This document shows, in pieces, positions 11,170 through 25,214 of a DNA stretch of 64,000 nt. The DNA is from Macrostomum lignano. Its lineage: Eukaryota. Every line of letters starts with the position of its first letter. Position 1 is the stretch's first letter. Location: positions 3,573 through 67,572 of the forward strand of contig NIVC01003956.1 in the NCBI GenBank assembly GCA_002269645.1, read 5' to 3'. The position numbers and the translations under genes are program-made. The notes beneath the pieces are model-generated. The model made no database searches and was not told the DNA's origin. It worked only from the letters and a program-made list of their open reading frames with translations.

Positions 11170-14100
11170 TTGGATTGATAAAACCAACCTCCATTAAAAA
11201 TCCCCTACCCAAAAACCCCTTATCCCATTCCATGCCCCAATACTTGGTTATTGACCTTTTTGTAAGGATTAGTGACTGGTCCCTCTTTTTCTGAGTTTGC
11301 AATTTGTCAACACCCCAGGATGGAATTCTTGCACGAAAATCGCAACGCATTTTTGTGTTCAGGAAAAAATTGCGAAAAATTGTGCAACACAAAAAAAATT
11401 GCGCACCTGTACAGGTTGCAAAAAATGCAAAAAAAAATCCGAATTATTTTGTGACTGTTTGCACAGTTTAAATTACTGACTTTACTGTATTAAATGTAGA
11501 ATCACTGCAAAATTTTTTTCGTTATTTACAAACTGTTCAAATTGTTACAGGGCTCCTGGGTAATCTATTAGAATCTCACTGATGTCACTAAAATCTGTTG
11601 TAAGGTGAGATTACTGACTCCTATTCTATCAAATTATTACAAGAGACTTAATTGGGGAATAAAGAAAGATGCAAATTCTACTACTGACAGGAGTAAGCCA
11701 TAGGTTGCTCCGGGGGGGGCGTGAAGTGTCCGAGCAGCAAGACACAGTTTTTCTATTCAGTCCGGGGGATATAAATGGGGAAATTTAAGGGCTTTGCGGT
11801 AGATCAGAGTTGCCTGGGGAATGATCGCGCAGGGGAATTTCCTAATGGGGAATGCTTTCGCAGAGGGTAATTTGCTTAATAGGAATGGCGCCAAAAGCTG
11901 GTAGGACCCTTAATGGTTAGGGGAAATTCTGGGAATAGTCTTCAGAGAAGTTAGGCAGTATGCCAAGTCAGCAGGGAGGTTAGAGACGGGCTTGAGACTG
12001 GGCAATCCGCGGGTCTGGGTGAGAGAGTTGGCGGAACTCTAGATCAAGCTGGGGACTGGGGAAGGGGGGGGGTTGAAGGGGGAGGGCTGTACACTTCTGA
12101 CTGAGCAAGCCTGGAGGGAAAGGGAAGGCTGAATGCCTAAATGAGGAACAGTGAGTCAACCTTTTTTTAGAACAAACTGTTCATACTCTAGACTTAGCAC
12201 GGAGGCAGACAAGGTTAGTTTTCTTTTGCTGTATATTTGCGAGTATATATAGTATTTCCACTAAATATGGCGGACAATTTTTAACAAATGTTACGAAAAG
12301 AATTATTTAGCAACAAATTTACAATATAAAACTAACTACTTACTCATGTATATTTACTTCTAATAAGGCTACAAGTAAGAATGATAAAAATAGTGAATTT
12401 GCGTCAAAAATGTAAAAACTAATGTATTGAGGCCACTTGACTACTAGTAAGGCATACAAAAATAAGCATACAAGTATTAATGAGTACATAGAATAATGAG
12501 CCTGCCTCAAAATTTAATATTCTCTACTTAAAAAACAAAGGTATCAGTTAAATATTTATTGTAATGAGTTGTCAAAAAATGCAAGTATGAGACTATCGCA
12601 AAACATTATTTTGACAATTGGTAATGCTAAAAACTGCGCCACTAAATTTTGTTTAAGATTGTAAAAGATTGCATTTGGTTCAATATGGAATTGTGCACCA
12701 AAAAAAATTCGCAATTTTCTGTTTTATATGTCAGATGCAAGAATTCCATGCTGGTCAACACCTTCTTCAATAGGTCTCTAAGTCTCTATTAAAGGTTATA
12801 TTGATAAAATCAAACCCCTATCAAGGATCCAGGTCTGGAATTTATCAACACCATCTTGAATAGGTCTCCATGCCTCTATTCAAGTTTGTTGATAAAATCA
12901 ATCCCCATGAAGAATCTCCCCACCTTAAAACCCTATTCCCCATGTCCCAGTGGTTGGTTTGAAGTGCCTACATATAGTTGGGTTAAAGCTACCAAAAAAT
13001 AAAGCTCAAATTTGAAATCAGCACCATCAAAAACCCCTTTAGAGACAAAATTATGCTCTTGTTAAAATTGCAACTAATTTATCAGTATAAACTTAAAGAA
13101 GTCCCTAGTTACTAATACCAAAATTATAATGAAAAAGAAATCCTATAGTATAACAAATATAATAAATACTTTACAAAGGTTCAATATTCCTTTTTATAAA
13201 AATAGTATTCATTTTGTTAAACTGGCATGTTTCTTAAATTTGAAAAAATCTGGTCAATTTAATTGCATGCATTTGCTATATCTGATATCATTGTATATAC
13301 AATATTAGCTGGCTGCACTCAGCAAGCATGCTATAAAGACTTAGTTAGGTAATGTTGAAATCTATCAAAGATACTATGCTATATATAGTTTTGATCAAAA
13401 TTATAAACTGTAACAAGTTGGAATTCTTGAACTTTAGGTAGATAAAATAGCTGCAATTTTGATAGGATCATGATTTTGTCAGTATAGTGCTGATTTCAAA
13501 TTTAAGCTTCATTTTTAGTAGCTTAAAGCCACCACCAGGGCATGGGAAATAGGGGTTTTAGGGTGGGGAGAATCTTCATGGAGAATGATTTATGTACCTA
13601 AACTTCAATAAAGGCATAGAAGTCTATTAAGGATTAGGTAGATAAATTTGGAGGCTAAGGAGAGGGGGCAAGTCTTGGGGATTGTGACATTGTGGCGATA
13701 TGCTAGTGTATTTTTATTATTGCAATATTATGCTTTGTGCATTCTTAGTTAGTTAAAGTATTTGCATGCGCGCTAATTGGCTAGTGTGTTTCAGTGCATG
13801 TGCACTGCGTCGGGTTGTTTGCGTTTTATGTGTGGCTAGCATGGTGGGGTCTAGGCAGTCAGGCCAACCACCCTCTTTAGTCCTAGGGTTGATGAATAAG
13901 AATAAACAAGTCATATAAGAGCCCAGTTGTGTGTACTGGCTCTCCACATTTAACTTTCCTACACATTCACTACAAGCCTTTAGCTTCATATATTACAGGG
14001 ATAAGGGGGGGAGGCTAACAACCATTAACAACAAGGCATGGGGATAGATTTTATGTACCTAAACTTCAATAGAGACATGGGGGTTTATTGAAGATTAGGT

Positions 14101-14320
14101 AGATAAACTCCAAACTGAAGGGGGAACCCAAGGGGGGGGGTCTAATGGGGGTTGGCTAATAACCCCCAACCACTGAACCACCAAGGCATGTGGAATGAAG
14201 GGTTTTAGAGTGGGGAGAATCTTCATAGGGATTGATTTTATGTACCTAAACTTTAATAGAGGCATGGGGGTCTATTGTAGATTAGGCAGATAGTTTTGTA
14301 AACTGAGAGGGTCCAGAGAG
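11170..14320. repeat. Cluster of degenerate copies of an AT-rich dispersed repeat in both orientations
   Basis: Recurring AAAACCCT/CCTATTCCCCATG...TGGTT blocks and reverse complements near 11210, 12930, 13540 and 14185; about 12860-13025 is inverted relative to about 13485-13640. Confidence 0.55.
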
Positions 14321-17074
14321 GAATTGTAATGAAGCTTAAATAAAAAATTCAGCTAGTTAGGCCTATCAAACACGTCCACCCACTGGGACTCAACTTTGAG
14401 ATTTTGCAAACTGTCAGTGTAATTTCAGTCTGATTTTTACACAATTTTCAATGATTTTTGTGGCGGCATTTGACTAAAGTTATTTGATACTCTATATTAT
14501 TCTACATTATCACAACTTGTTTATTATATTTTTGTTCTTACTTATTTTATTCCACTGCAAGTACATACTCATTTTCTCTAGAACACTCTGTCTACCTGTG
14601 TGCGCCTAGCCCACCACCCCAAATATTGTCACCTTCCACCACTCTCTCCTGATCACTATATATAATATCTCGGTGTTGATTTTCGCTCATTGAAATAAAG
14701 AATTTATCTCGCCTTGCTCTAAAACTAACACTGAACAGAATGAACTTTTCTTAGTCATTTGCGACACAACAAATTTCATAATTGAATCAAAATATGCCCA
14801 AATTTTCTCTGACTTTTTGCTTGTTGTTAGGTTGATGAAATATAGACAAAATTCGGAGTTGTTTTGGCTCAATTTTCCACCGACATTTCCCCGATTTTCA
14901 CCTAAATTTGTCTGTGAAAAGAGTTCGTTAAAGTTCGGCACAGTGTTGGGACACAGTATAAGAGACGCCTAGTAGGGGCACAATATGGGCTTTTTGCCAT
15001 TATTTAGCCACTGGAGCCAGGCCCCTCAAAGCCCACTGGTCAGCCCACTTTAATTAGTAAGCCCACTGCTTATTCCAGCGCATATTCGAATGGATGACGA
15101 CGATTAAAAGTAACTCCATTGTGGTATATACTGAAGACCTCCATCAGAGCCTCCACCACTAATGTTGCTCGTATAGAACAAAACTATTCTGTAATATGTA
15201 CTCTGTTATGTACTGTATTATTATTAGTTAAAAAATATTTTTAAAGAAAGACAGTTGCTGCTACATTAATTTCATTTCATTTACGAAGCAGATTATCATG
15301 AGAACTTATATACAGTACTTGTCTTGTAGCAAAACTTAATTAATTGAGCATCATTTTTCCCAACCACACTAACTGTATGCACACACCAACCGTATGCATT
15401 AATATTGGACCTTCAGTGTCGAGTGATAGTCATGTAGCAGTTGGTCTGACTTGTGCAGATGAATGTTGGTGAAAATTGGACAGACATACATTGTCATATT
15501 TATACATATATTAAACACAGTTGATAATCATAGTTATATTGGGTGAAAGTCAAAGTAGTCATTACATTTTTTAAGGAAATCGATAAGTTGTCTACTTTTT
15601 TGGTCCGACTTTAGTCTTTCAGTCTGACAAAAATGGAAGAAAATTGTACAAAGATAAATGTTATCCGATTTTCATACATTCTTGCCTATTTTTGTCTGTC
15701 AAAAATCAAGCCAACGGCACCAACTTTCCAACAAGATGAAAATCGGGTATAAAATGACAAAATTATCCTTTTTGAGTCAGTTTGTTTAAAGTTGAAAGTT
15801 AGAGTTGAGTCCTAGTGGGCATGGAGAAAAATTATAATCCAATCAAACTAATTGATATCAGCAGCTGTAGTTACTTTTAGAAGGGAGAAAACAATGCAGA
15901 TTAGTAGAAATGAGTATAGGTAAACAAGTAAAGAAAGTACAGCTAGTCACAACCATGAAAAAACAACAGCAAATCAAAAGCAAGAGGTAAGGGGTGCCAG
16001 CAAACTGAGAGTCAATATATTAAAAAACACTAATCTGATTGGCATTCTTGCTGCATTATAACAAACTGAGTGAAAAAAATAGACACTCTTTTTATTAAAG
16101 TTAAAGTTCTAACCCTCTAAATGTTCTTTTAAAACAAATTCGCTAAATTGTAGACAATATTTATGTTCAAAAGTCAAGACTCTAAAAAGTTTAATTTTCA
16201 AACATACAAACATACAATTTTCAAAACTGCTTGCATCAAATTATCACTAAGTACATGGGGATTAAAAAATCAAGCTCCTGTTAACTCTGAAATTATTTTT
16301 TGCAGTTTTTTTGCTTTATTATCATTTTAGACTGGCAGGAGTTTTAGAAAATTAGAAAATAAGAATTATTTTATGTACCTAAAGTTCAAGAGGTCTGACA
16401 AGTCTACTCAAGTATTGATGTTTTAATCATACAATTATGTTTTTATGTCATAAAACTGCCTAGGAAATGAAGCAAGTAATTATTTAATGAGCTTAAATCT
16501 TTTGTAGCATAACTATTAGACCATAATCTATAAGATTTTACTATAAGCACATTTGGGGCATACATTGAAATTTGACAATGCTAAGACATGGCTAGCAACA
16601 TAAAACAAAAGTAAATTGAATTGATTCATCAAGAGTCCATACAAAGAAAAAATAAATCAAAATAAAATGAAACCATTTTTTAATTTAAAGCACTAGTTCA
16701 GTTTAACAAAATGAATAAGAATAATATTTTAGTTTTCTAAAGTAAATAAGTACTGCAAAAACAAAGCACAAACTGCTAAATAAGGGCTCAATTTTTATTT
16801 ATTGTGTCCAATTCTAATGTATAATTTAGGCATCTAAAAGCAAGCTAGGGCACCAAAATGCCAGGCACCAAAAAGAATAGGCACCAAAAGAGTGGATACC
16901 ATTCATTCTATATCTATAAGTTCTCTTTCTTCAAAAAAAGAATGACAAAAATAATTGGGTTATTCCTTTTTCAAGATGAAAAATCATTTAGCTTCCCAAT
17001 CTAGATCCCAAGATAGCCTAGCTTCCTAATATAGACCCTAGGATCATCCAGCTTCCCAGTCTAGATCCCAAGAT

Positions 17075-17598
17075 GGGTACACAACAATTGACTGCCACAG
17101 TTTGACTGCCACAATTTGACTGCTGAGAAATTTGACTGCCAGCAAAATGACTGCCAAACAATTTGACTGCTGACAAAATGACACAGATAGAATGATTGCA
17201 GAAAAAATGACTGCTGACAATTTGACTGCCAACAAAATGACTGCAAACAAAATGACAATTTGCTCTTTATGAGTGAAGATGCAAGCCACGTTTGCCTTTC
17301 AGCAGCAATACATGCTGAATGTCTGCAATCATTTTGCTAGCAATCAAATTGCCACAGTCAAATTGTTGGCAGTCATTCTGTCCATAGTCATTTTGTTGGC
17401 AGTCAAATTGTTCGCAGTCATTTTGTCCGCGGTCATTTTGTAAGCAGTCAAATTGCTCAGCATTCAAATTGTCTGCAGTCAAATTGACCATAGTCAAATT
17501 GCTCACAGTCATTTTGTCTGCGGTCATTTTGTCGGCAGTCAAATTGACCATAGTCAAATTGTGGCAGTCAAATTGTGGCAGTCAATTGTTGTAGACCC
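17075..17598. mobile_element. MULE/foldback-type MITE, 524 bp, built of about 15-nt subrepeats
   Basis: TIR GGGTACACAACAATTGACTGCCAC / GTGGCAGTCAATTGTTGTAGACCC; 9-bp TSD TCCCAAGAT on both sides; arms made of (AAT/AAA)TTGACTGC units in opposite orientation. Confidence 0.88.
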
Positions 17599-17716
17599 TC
17601 CCAAGATCCCTAGATCCAGCTTCTAGCATCATCCAGCTTTCCTATTTTATTTCCCAATGTCATTTTCTATTAAGCAGACAGCTAAGCATTGCAAATACCT
17701 TGAATTCTCCATATAG

Positions 17717-20523
17717 GATGATGAATTCGGCCAGGTTTTGCAGTTCACCTTAGAACACGAGCTTGTCAAGGGTAAGTTAATTTACCAGTTTACCTGTTGA
17801 TTCTTTTATTATGTGTAGTATGCAAGCAGCTTTGTATGCCGCATTAACAGGAAAATTCACGAAGCGCGGCATTCTGTCAGTGCACTCCTACTCCAGCGAG
17901 CATGTTCTATACAGAGACGAGGCTCCACTAACTGACGAAGATTTGCTATCTCTAATTGTAAATTTTCCTGCATCATACTACTGCTATAAATTCTCTCTAA
18001 GTAGTATAAATGGAGGTTAACTTGATTATCTTTGCTTATTGTAGAAACTGGCTGAGGCCAGGGACATCTACCGAGCCAGGGTGCTGTTTAAAGTTGGCAA
18101 CAAGGCCGAATATGTCTATGGCTTTGTCTATGCGGTGAGTGGCTGTTAGATATCTGAGTACATAGTTTTTTGCTGGAATGCATCTGCAAACCGTTGTTGC
18201 TGGATATTGAAACTCGTGTGGCAAACAAATAAAGCAGAGTCTACAGTTTAAAAGTAAGCTAACAGTGTACATCTGCATCTGCACTTCTCACCAGTTTTAC
18301 TCGGTTTAAACTGCGCCATAAGGCATCGCTTTGATACTACTGACTAATACTACGTTTTTTTCAAATCCTGTTAATTTTTTTTACTCACAGTGGATGATTG
18401 GCCAGCCTCCTAGATCCTCAGGCTGGTCTGTCACTGAAACCCATGCTTGGGCGCAACCTAGGTATTCACCCGGCCGTTTCTATTGGCAACACACGCATGT
18501 AAGTCGCTATTGGACAAAACAGTAGTCACGTGACTGCTCTCATCCTATAGCGACTTACATGTGTGTGTTGCCAATAGAAACAGCCGGATGATTCCCAAGG
18601 TTGCGCATGTATGCTGACACCCTCCCAGATCTTCAAGCTGGTCTGTCACTGCCAGTCTCCCAGATCCTCAGGCTGGTCTGTCACTGCCAGCCTTCCAGAT
18701 CCTCAGGCTGGTCTGTCACTGCCAGCCTCCCAGATCCTCAGGCTGGTCTGTCACTGCCAGCCTCCCAGATCCTCAGGCTGGTCTGTCACTGCTAACCTCC
18801 CTGATCCTCAAACTGTTCCGCCACTGCTATCCTCCCAGATCCTTAGGCTGGTCTGTCACTGCCAGCCTCCCAGATCCTCAGGCTAATCTGTCGCTGCCAG
18901 CCTCCCAGATCCTCAGGCTGGTCTGTCACTGCCAGCTTCCCAGATCCTCAGGCTGATCTGTCACTGCCAGCCTCCCAGATCCTCAGGCTGGTCCGACACT
19001 GCTACCCTCTCAGATCCTCAGGCTGGTCCGACACTGCTACCCTCTCAGATCCTCAAACTGTTCCGCCACTGCTACCCTCTCAGATCCTCAAACTGTTCTG
19101 CCACTGCTACCCTCTCAGATCCTCAAACTGGTCCGCCACTGCTACCCTCTCAGATCCTCAAACTGTTCTGCCACTGCTACCCTCTCAGATCCTCAAACTG
19201 GTCCGCCACTGCTACCCTCTCAGATCCTCAAACTGTTCTGCCACTGCTACCCTCTCAGATCCTCAAACTGTTCCGCCACTGCTACCCTCTCAGATCCTCA
19301 AACTGTTCCGCCACTGCTACCCTCTCAGATCCTCAAACTGTTCCGCCACTGCTACCCTCTCAGATCCTCAAACTGTTCCGCCACTGCTACCCTCTCAGAT
19401 CCTCAAACTGTTCCGCCACTGCTACCCTCCCAGATCTTTAGGCTGGTTTACAAATGCCTGACTTACTTGACTTAGCAGCAGGGGACATCATTCAGCGGAT
19501 GCAGCGAGAAGACTGTGGAGACCGCCCATTACTCTAGCCCCTGGCGACCAATGACTCCATCGAAGTGCTCTACCAATGCCACCCTCCCAGATCCTCAGTT
19601 GATTCGCCGTGCCCTTAAAACTTCGTATCTTCCAGTGAAACACAAAATGTTTCTTAGCAATCTGAAAGCTTCCACAAACTCCGAACCAATCCTCCAGTGC
19701 GACCTGCTGCACAGCGGCCTTCGCGACAACCTGACGCTTGCATTCAACAGTCACGGCAGTCTGGTTGGCCTCCATCTCAGCCTGACCGACTCATCAAAGG
19801 CCGCCTTCGAATCCTGCACGGTGAAGTCCGGGCACCTGTCGCCCGCGAGTTTGCCGAGGGTCTTCATCTCGCACGCTGCCGCACTGAGGCCTGTCCAGGG
19901 ACCCGCGTGAGTAGCTGGGCGGCATTGATGAGAATAATGGGATCTATATAATTGTAGAGTAGCTAGCTGAAGTGACTGGTAAGACTTAAAGTGACATATT
20001 TCTTGATCTGACATACATAAGTTTATGCCTTCCATTCTAGAAAAAATGCATCACTGTATTTGTACTTATTAAGTAAAGATTACTGCCGCAGTAACTCTGG
20101 ATGGGGACATTAAACTTAGTTTTCAACGTTATGGTTTCTTAGAAAAGGGAGGCCCGATGAATGGATGAGGACCAAATAAAAAGCCTGGCTCAGGGCATTA
20201 CTTCGTGGAATCCGGCAGCCCCCAGAACTTTTCTCGCTAGTCACTTCCGCTATCTTGAAGCGGTACATAATATCGAGGTTTTGAAGACTGTAATTAAGAA
20301 TTTGAAAGCCATTGCACTGCCCTGCCCCTTCCCTTCCGGCAGCCCGGAGACTCAAATCTACATCGCCAGAGTAGAAGAGGAGAAGAAGCGCAAGCATGAG
20401 GCTGAGCAGGGCGACAATCGGCCATTGGTGATGAAGTACTGGATGTACATCGTGCCGGTGGTGCTGGTGTTTATGGTGATGAGCGCCCAGGATCCCAATG
20501 CTCAGGGAGGCGGTGGCAGCTGA
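17717..20523 (+). CDS. EMC10: ER membrane protein complex subunit 10; coding exons 17717-17771, 17851-17957, 18045-18134, 19698-19906, 20343-20523 (5' exon not located)
   Basis: All phases join through GT-AG sites. FTLEH...KFTKRG, DNLTL, GPAPET, and the C-terminal KYWMYIVPVVLVFMVMS...GGGGS are characteristic of EMC10. Confidence 0.92.
18451..18606. mobile_element. Small palindromic MITE-like element in an EMC10 intron
   Basis: About 60-bp imperfect inverted arms (GCGCAACC...GTAAGTCGCTAT / ATAGCGACTTAC...GGTTGCGC) with a central AGTCACGTGACT palindrome. TSD unclear. Confidence 0.7.
18620..19445 (+). repeat. 35-bp minisatellite, about 23-24 units, intronic
   Basis: Unit A GCCAGCCTCCCAGATCCTCAGGCTGGTCTGTCACT grades into unit B GCTACCCTCTCAGATCCTCAAACTGTTCCGCCACT. 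Confidence 0.92.
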
Positions 20524-23510
20524 GAGCCCGCTGCACGCATTCTCCAGCAACTTTCTCTTCTTTTCCCAGAATTGCAGGTCCTCAAAAACATTTCCCTGTT
20601 TTAATTTTATTGCATAACTTATGACTTTTCGTGTTGTTGCATCATCACTGTTGTTCTGTTTCCTAGCTGAATGTTGTGTCACTGCTGAATCGGTAATACA
20701 GTCTTCATGTTGGTCTGTCCTGATTGAACTGATTTTTGGAGTTCTGTAAAAAATCATAAAAAACCCACGAGTATGCACTACCTTCGGCTGTGCGATTTAT
20801 TTTGTAGATGTCGCTGTCAATCGCAGCCTCGGAAAATCTGATTAACTGCATTGTTGGACAGACTAAATAGAATCAACTGGCCTTGACGCTGGCATGACGT
20901 TCAATATAAATGATAAAATCGCATGCATAGATTGCCCGCCACTCCAGACTAGAACTCCGAGATCACAGATGACCCGGGATTTGTGGCCAATCCGTCTCGC
21001 TCGAGAAAGACGAGTGCGCGATGCCGAGATGTACTTGTACTTTTGTGCAGTAGCATCAGTGCTGTATGGTTTGTCGCTGGATACACTTACCGGGAGAGAC
21101 TTGCTGAAGCGGAATACACACGCAAATTGCACATTGCTTTTGCTGCATGAACTCTGCTCGGAGTGTCAAATCTTTCAAATAGTTAGCTAACACAGTAAAA
21201 TTCGACCCACTCAAGAGTGCTTTACATGAGTGCTCTGTATGTCAGTGCCACATGTACCTAATTGATGTGTTATATATTGTTATATTGTTATATTGATGCA
21301 AAATATGAGTTCATTGTACATGTACAGTAAATATTCGCTTTTGCTGTAGCTATAATGTTATAACGAAAATGAGCAAATTAGCGTAAGGCGTAATTTCATG
21401 CAGTTTAAATGTTCAGCCGTAGGAGAAGCATTGCCTTATTTTTGAGGTTATTTGAAAATATCATTTATTACGCGAATTCATTTAAGATTATAACTATACA
21501 TGTAAACCCTGTTGTTCGACTCTAGCCATGTCTGAGCGCTAAATGGCCGGTCTTAAGTGAATTGAGTTGTTTAACACAAGGTGCTTGTTAATACGAGCTA
21601 GGTTTTAATTCGCATCGAAAGCGAGCCTAGCCTAGGAGGGAGAGGAGCATAGGGAGCAAAATCGCGCTCCGCTCCTCCTTTTATTTAGTCTGGAGTGGCC
21701 AGCCCCATGTTAATCCCATGCAGTCCCCCATTTCTGTTCCCTTCCTGTACGTTATAGGTCTTTTTCCTCATCGGCCTCTTCCGGTCATCTCCTCGTGCAA
21801 GGTCCGGGCCTACTCCAAACCGTCCAGGCCGTCCGGCCGCGGGTCCCTGAGGCTTTTCATATTACCAATTCCAGAATCAGAATCGGTTCGGATCTTCCAA
21901 GAAAAACAGCAGTATAACTATTTAATTCTGTTGAATGTTTGACTGCCTTAACAACCTCACTTAGCACAATTTTTCACTTTCTTCTTGGCGATTGTCATTC
22001 AATAATAAAAAACTTTATAGCATGTATCTTCCTCTAGTTATAGAGACAAAAAGTTATACTTCACAAATTAGTTCTGGTTCTGGAACCAGAACAAGCAATA
22101 TGAAAAGGCCCCCTCTCACCTTCCTGCCGTTGCCATGACGGAGTTCGAAACGATCTCGTTTCCTCTGGACTGCGCGGTTCTTCATGGCCAGTTCTTACAT
22201 GTACTTGCAGTTCAGGCCGGATTTCTCGCTGCAATATGGCCTTGACTGGGTGGGGCCTTTCTTATCACTCCTGCTAGTGCCCATTGAACCTTCTCCTGTG
22301 TCTATTTTTAGCTCTGGCTCATTCGTTGTCCTTCTCTATCTATCTTTCAGATTTCTAATAACTCCTATATACGTACGAGCTACCAGTAAAATTATTGAAT
22401 ATAATTAATTAATCCGTTTTCTTTTCAGCAGTCTTCCGACTGGGCTGCAATTTTTTGGCAAAGACCACTGACGTATATATACAAGGTCCTTGGTCTTGGG
22501 CTTGAGATCGAGGTTTATATAGTTAGTCAGCTTTATTTGGGTGCAGAGTCGTACACGAAAAAAATAATCGATGTACTTATTAGTTGTACGTGGTAATATA
22601 GTAATAATATAAGGCTTGAGACGACTGCTGTTAGCAAATTCACTTATCAAAGTTTAGTATCTAGTTCTAGTATGTCTTCTAGTTTTCTTCTAGCTCTAGT
22701 ACCGCTACAGCGTGTGATATTAATTCAAAGTATACAGATGTCTCATGGACAAAAATTTAATATTAATAAAACCTCAATGTTTTTAAACTTTTATATTTAC
22801 TTGTTTAAAAAACAATAAGATATGCTTTTTATAAATAATTGTTTAAAATGTAATATTTTTTAATACTAATAAAAAAAATGAAAATGTTTTTCGTATGTTT
22901 TGCGTATAACGCTGCTCTGGTCTGACCAGCCTGGACGTGTTATTGGAAGATCCGAATAATTGTCGGTCTTATACTCTTATGAATTTATTTCCCAAATGTC
23001 CACTTTAGTAGGACAAGCCTATACTCCGGCATTTTCCTTTATTTTCATCTCAGAGGACTGCAGCTATGTGAGTCTTTTATCACTTCTGTTTTTGTGTTAA
23101 ATAGCTTTCCAGCTGTTTGGCACTTATGCCAATGGCTACACTGTTTAGACTAGGCCCTAGTTATATGCCGGCCTGGACTTCAGGTAGATAAAATAGTTGC
23201 AGTTTTGATTTGCAGTTTTGGTTTTTGGCAATCTTTTACTTTACTGCGTTTAATTATTTTTTGCTTTTCTTTCTCATTTCAGCCAATTTATTGATGGCTG
23301 GAAGGCCCTCTGTGCACACTACGATTGATAGTGGATTTTAAATTTGAGCTTCATTTTTTGTAGCTCTAAGTTAACCACTGGGTGACTAGGGCATAGAGAA
23401 AGGGGGTTTTAAGGGCCTTCTTGAACTTTAGTAGGTACATTAAAATACTTCCAATTTCCAATTTTTTTGAAACTTTTGCCAGAGTCTTAGAGGCGGTCCA
23501 AACTAATAAT

Positions 23511-23931
23511 GGCGCATGACCAAGACCGCCACATACCAAGACCGCCACAGCTCTTACTGACTATTGGAATTGAGGGGAAGCTACCAATCTTCCAGCATTG
23601 CTATTGGTTATGATGGGTTGTGGAGTTAGATGAGGAGGAAGTGTCCTAAGATTGGTCACTAATAAGATGAATAAGTGGCCCAAAATGATTGCAAGTCAAC
23701 CAGGGCAATTTTAACAATTCAAATTAAATGAAAAAAACAAGGAGCCTGGCTCACTCACCTACCTAGCCAGGCTAGCCTGCTTACCAGTTCCTCTCTCGTG
23801 GCCTTGTCTTGCTGGCTCTCCCCATCTCACCCCTCCTCAGCCCTATCCAATAACATGGCAAGCCAAATTCCTCCCTCCTATCTCCCCCAAGTGTGGTGGT
23901 CTTGGTGTGTGGCAGTCTTGGTCCTACACCC
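23511..23931. mobile_element. Degenerate MULE-like MITE
   Basis: Inverted ends with duplicated ACCAAGACCGCCAC subrepeats; TSD only partly conserved (TAATAA). Confidence 0.5.
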
Positions 23932-25214
23932 TGATAATAAAGCAAAAAAAACTGCAAAAAATTACCATCAGAGGTAACAGGAGGTTGATTTGTTAATCTC
24001 CTGAGTAACTAGTGTTAATTTGATCCAAGTAGTTTTGGAGAATTGTGTGCTTGAAAATTGAACTTTTTTTAGAATTATAACTTTTAATGTGAATATTTTC
24101 TAACCTTTTATAAATTCATTCTAAAAAATATTTAGAATGTTCAAGTTTTATTTCTAAAAATAGTGTCTAGAGACTACTCTAATTTTTCTTCACTCAATTT
24201 GTTATAGTGCAGCAAGAGTACTATATCAATTTTATTGTTTTAAAAAAATGCTGACTCGCTCACTTTTGCCAAAGTTAAATGCATTCTTTTGTAACAGGCA
24301 TTTTGGCTCTTTATAAAATTCCACCGATATGCCACCAAAGTTGTAATAGGCCTTTTTCTTCTGTCTTCCAACTAACTTTACTAACTGTCACCAAGTTGTT
24401 ACAGGGGTTATTCCTATAGTTATCCTGATTATACTTGTTTTTACTCCCTAATTATTTCTTAGAATTTCATTTCAATATTTCTAAGTAACATTCTTAGTAG
24501 CATTTCTGGTAGCGTTCTGGTAGCTTATGGCCTAAGTGGTCTAATACTGGTATATGTATTAGTGAATAGTCCTAATCTGGCGTTACTGGGACTAGAGGGT
24601 CATGGCACCTCTTGTAATACTTCTGTGAATTATTCCCCAATTCCCTTTCTTAGCAAATCTCTTGGAATTGTTTCTCAGACTTTGCAAATGAATAAGTTGC
24701 TATTCAACTCAAAAGGCTTTGAAAGGTTTAGATTAAATTGCTTATTTTGTTTGCAATCTTGCTCACAGGTAAAATACAGTTGGTTTATTTGCTACAAAAT
24801 TGCTCTTATATATATAGTGGTTTCCCCCCATATGATTAAAACAAAAAAAATAATTCCCCAATTTATTTTGCCATAGACATGTTGGCTGGTGTATGCTTTT
24901 TCTATGGGCTGCCAAAATTTAAGTCACTTTTGCCAAAGCCAAGCTTGAAAAAGTATATTAACAAAGTATAGACATTGTTAAATAGTTCCCTATCCCATTT
25001 CCTATCTGACCCCATTCCTTTCCCTTTTTATATTTCTTAATAGACAAATAGTTTTAGAAGAAAAAAGCTTTTTTATCTACTTAGTACATTAGTAGGCTTA
25101 GACAAATTAACTTTTTTAGAATCATGACTTTCAAATATTTATATTTTCTACAATTTATTGAATTCATTTTAAAAGAAAATTTAGAAATTAGAATTTTCAA
25201 TGCAAATTCTCCTG

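Noticed and set aside
17044-18886. Repetitive ORFs at 17044-17557 and 18601-18886
   Set aside because: Translations of the foldback subrepeats and the 35-bp minisatellite.
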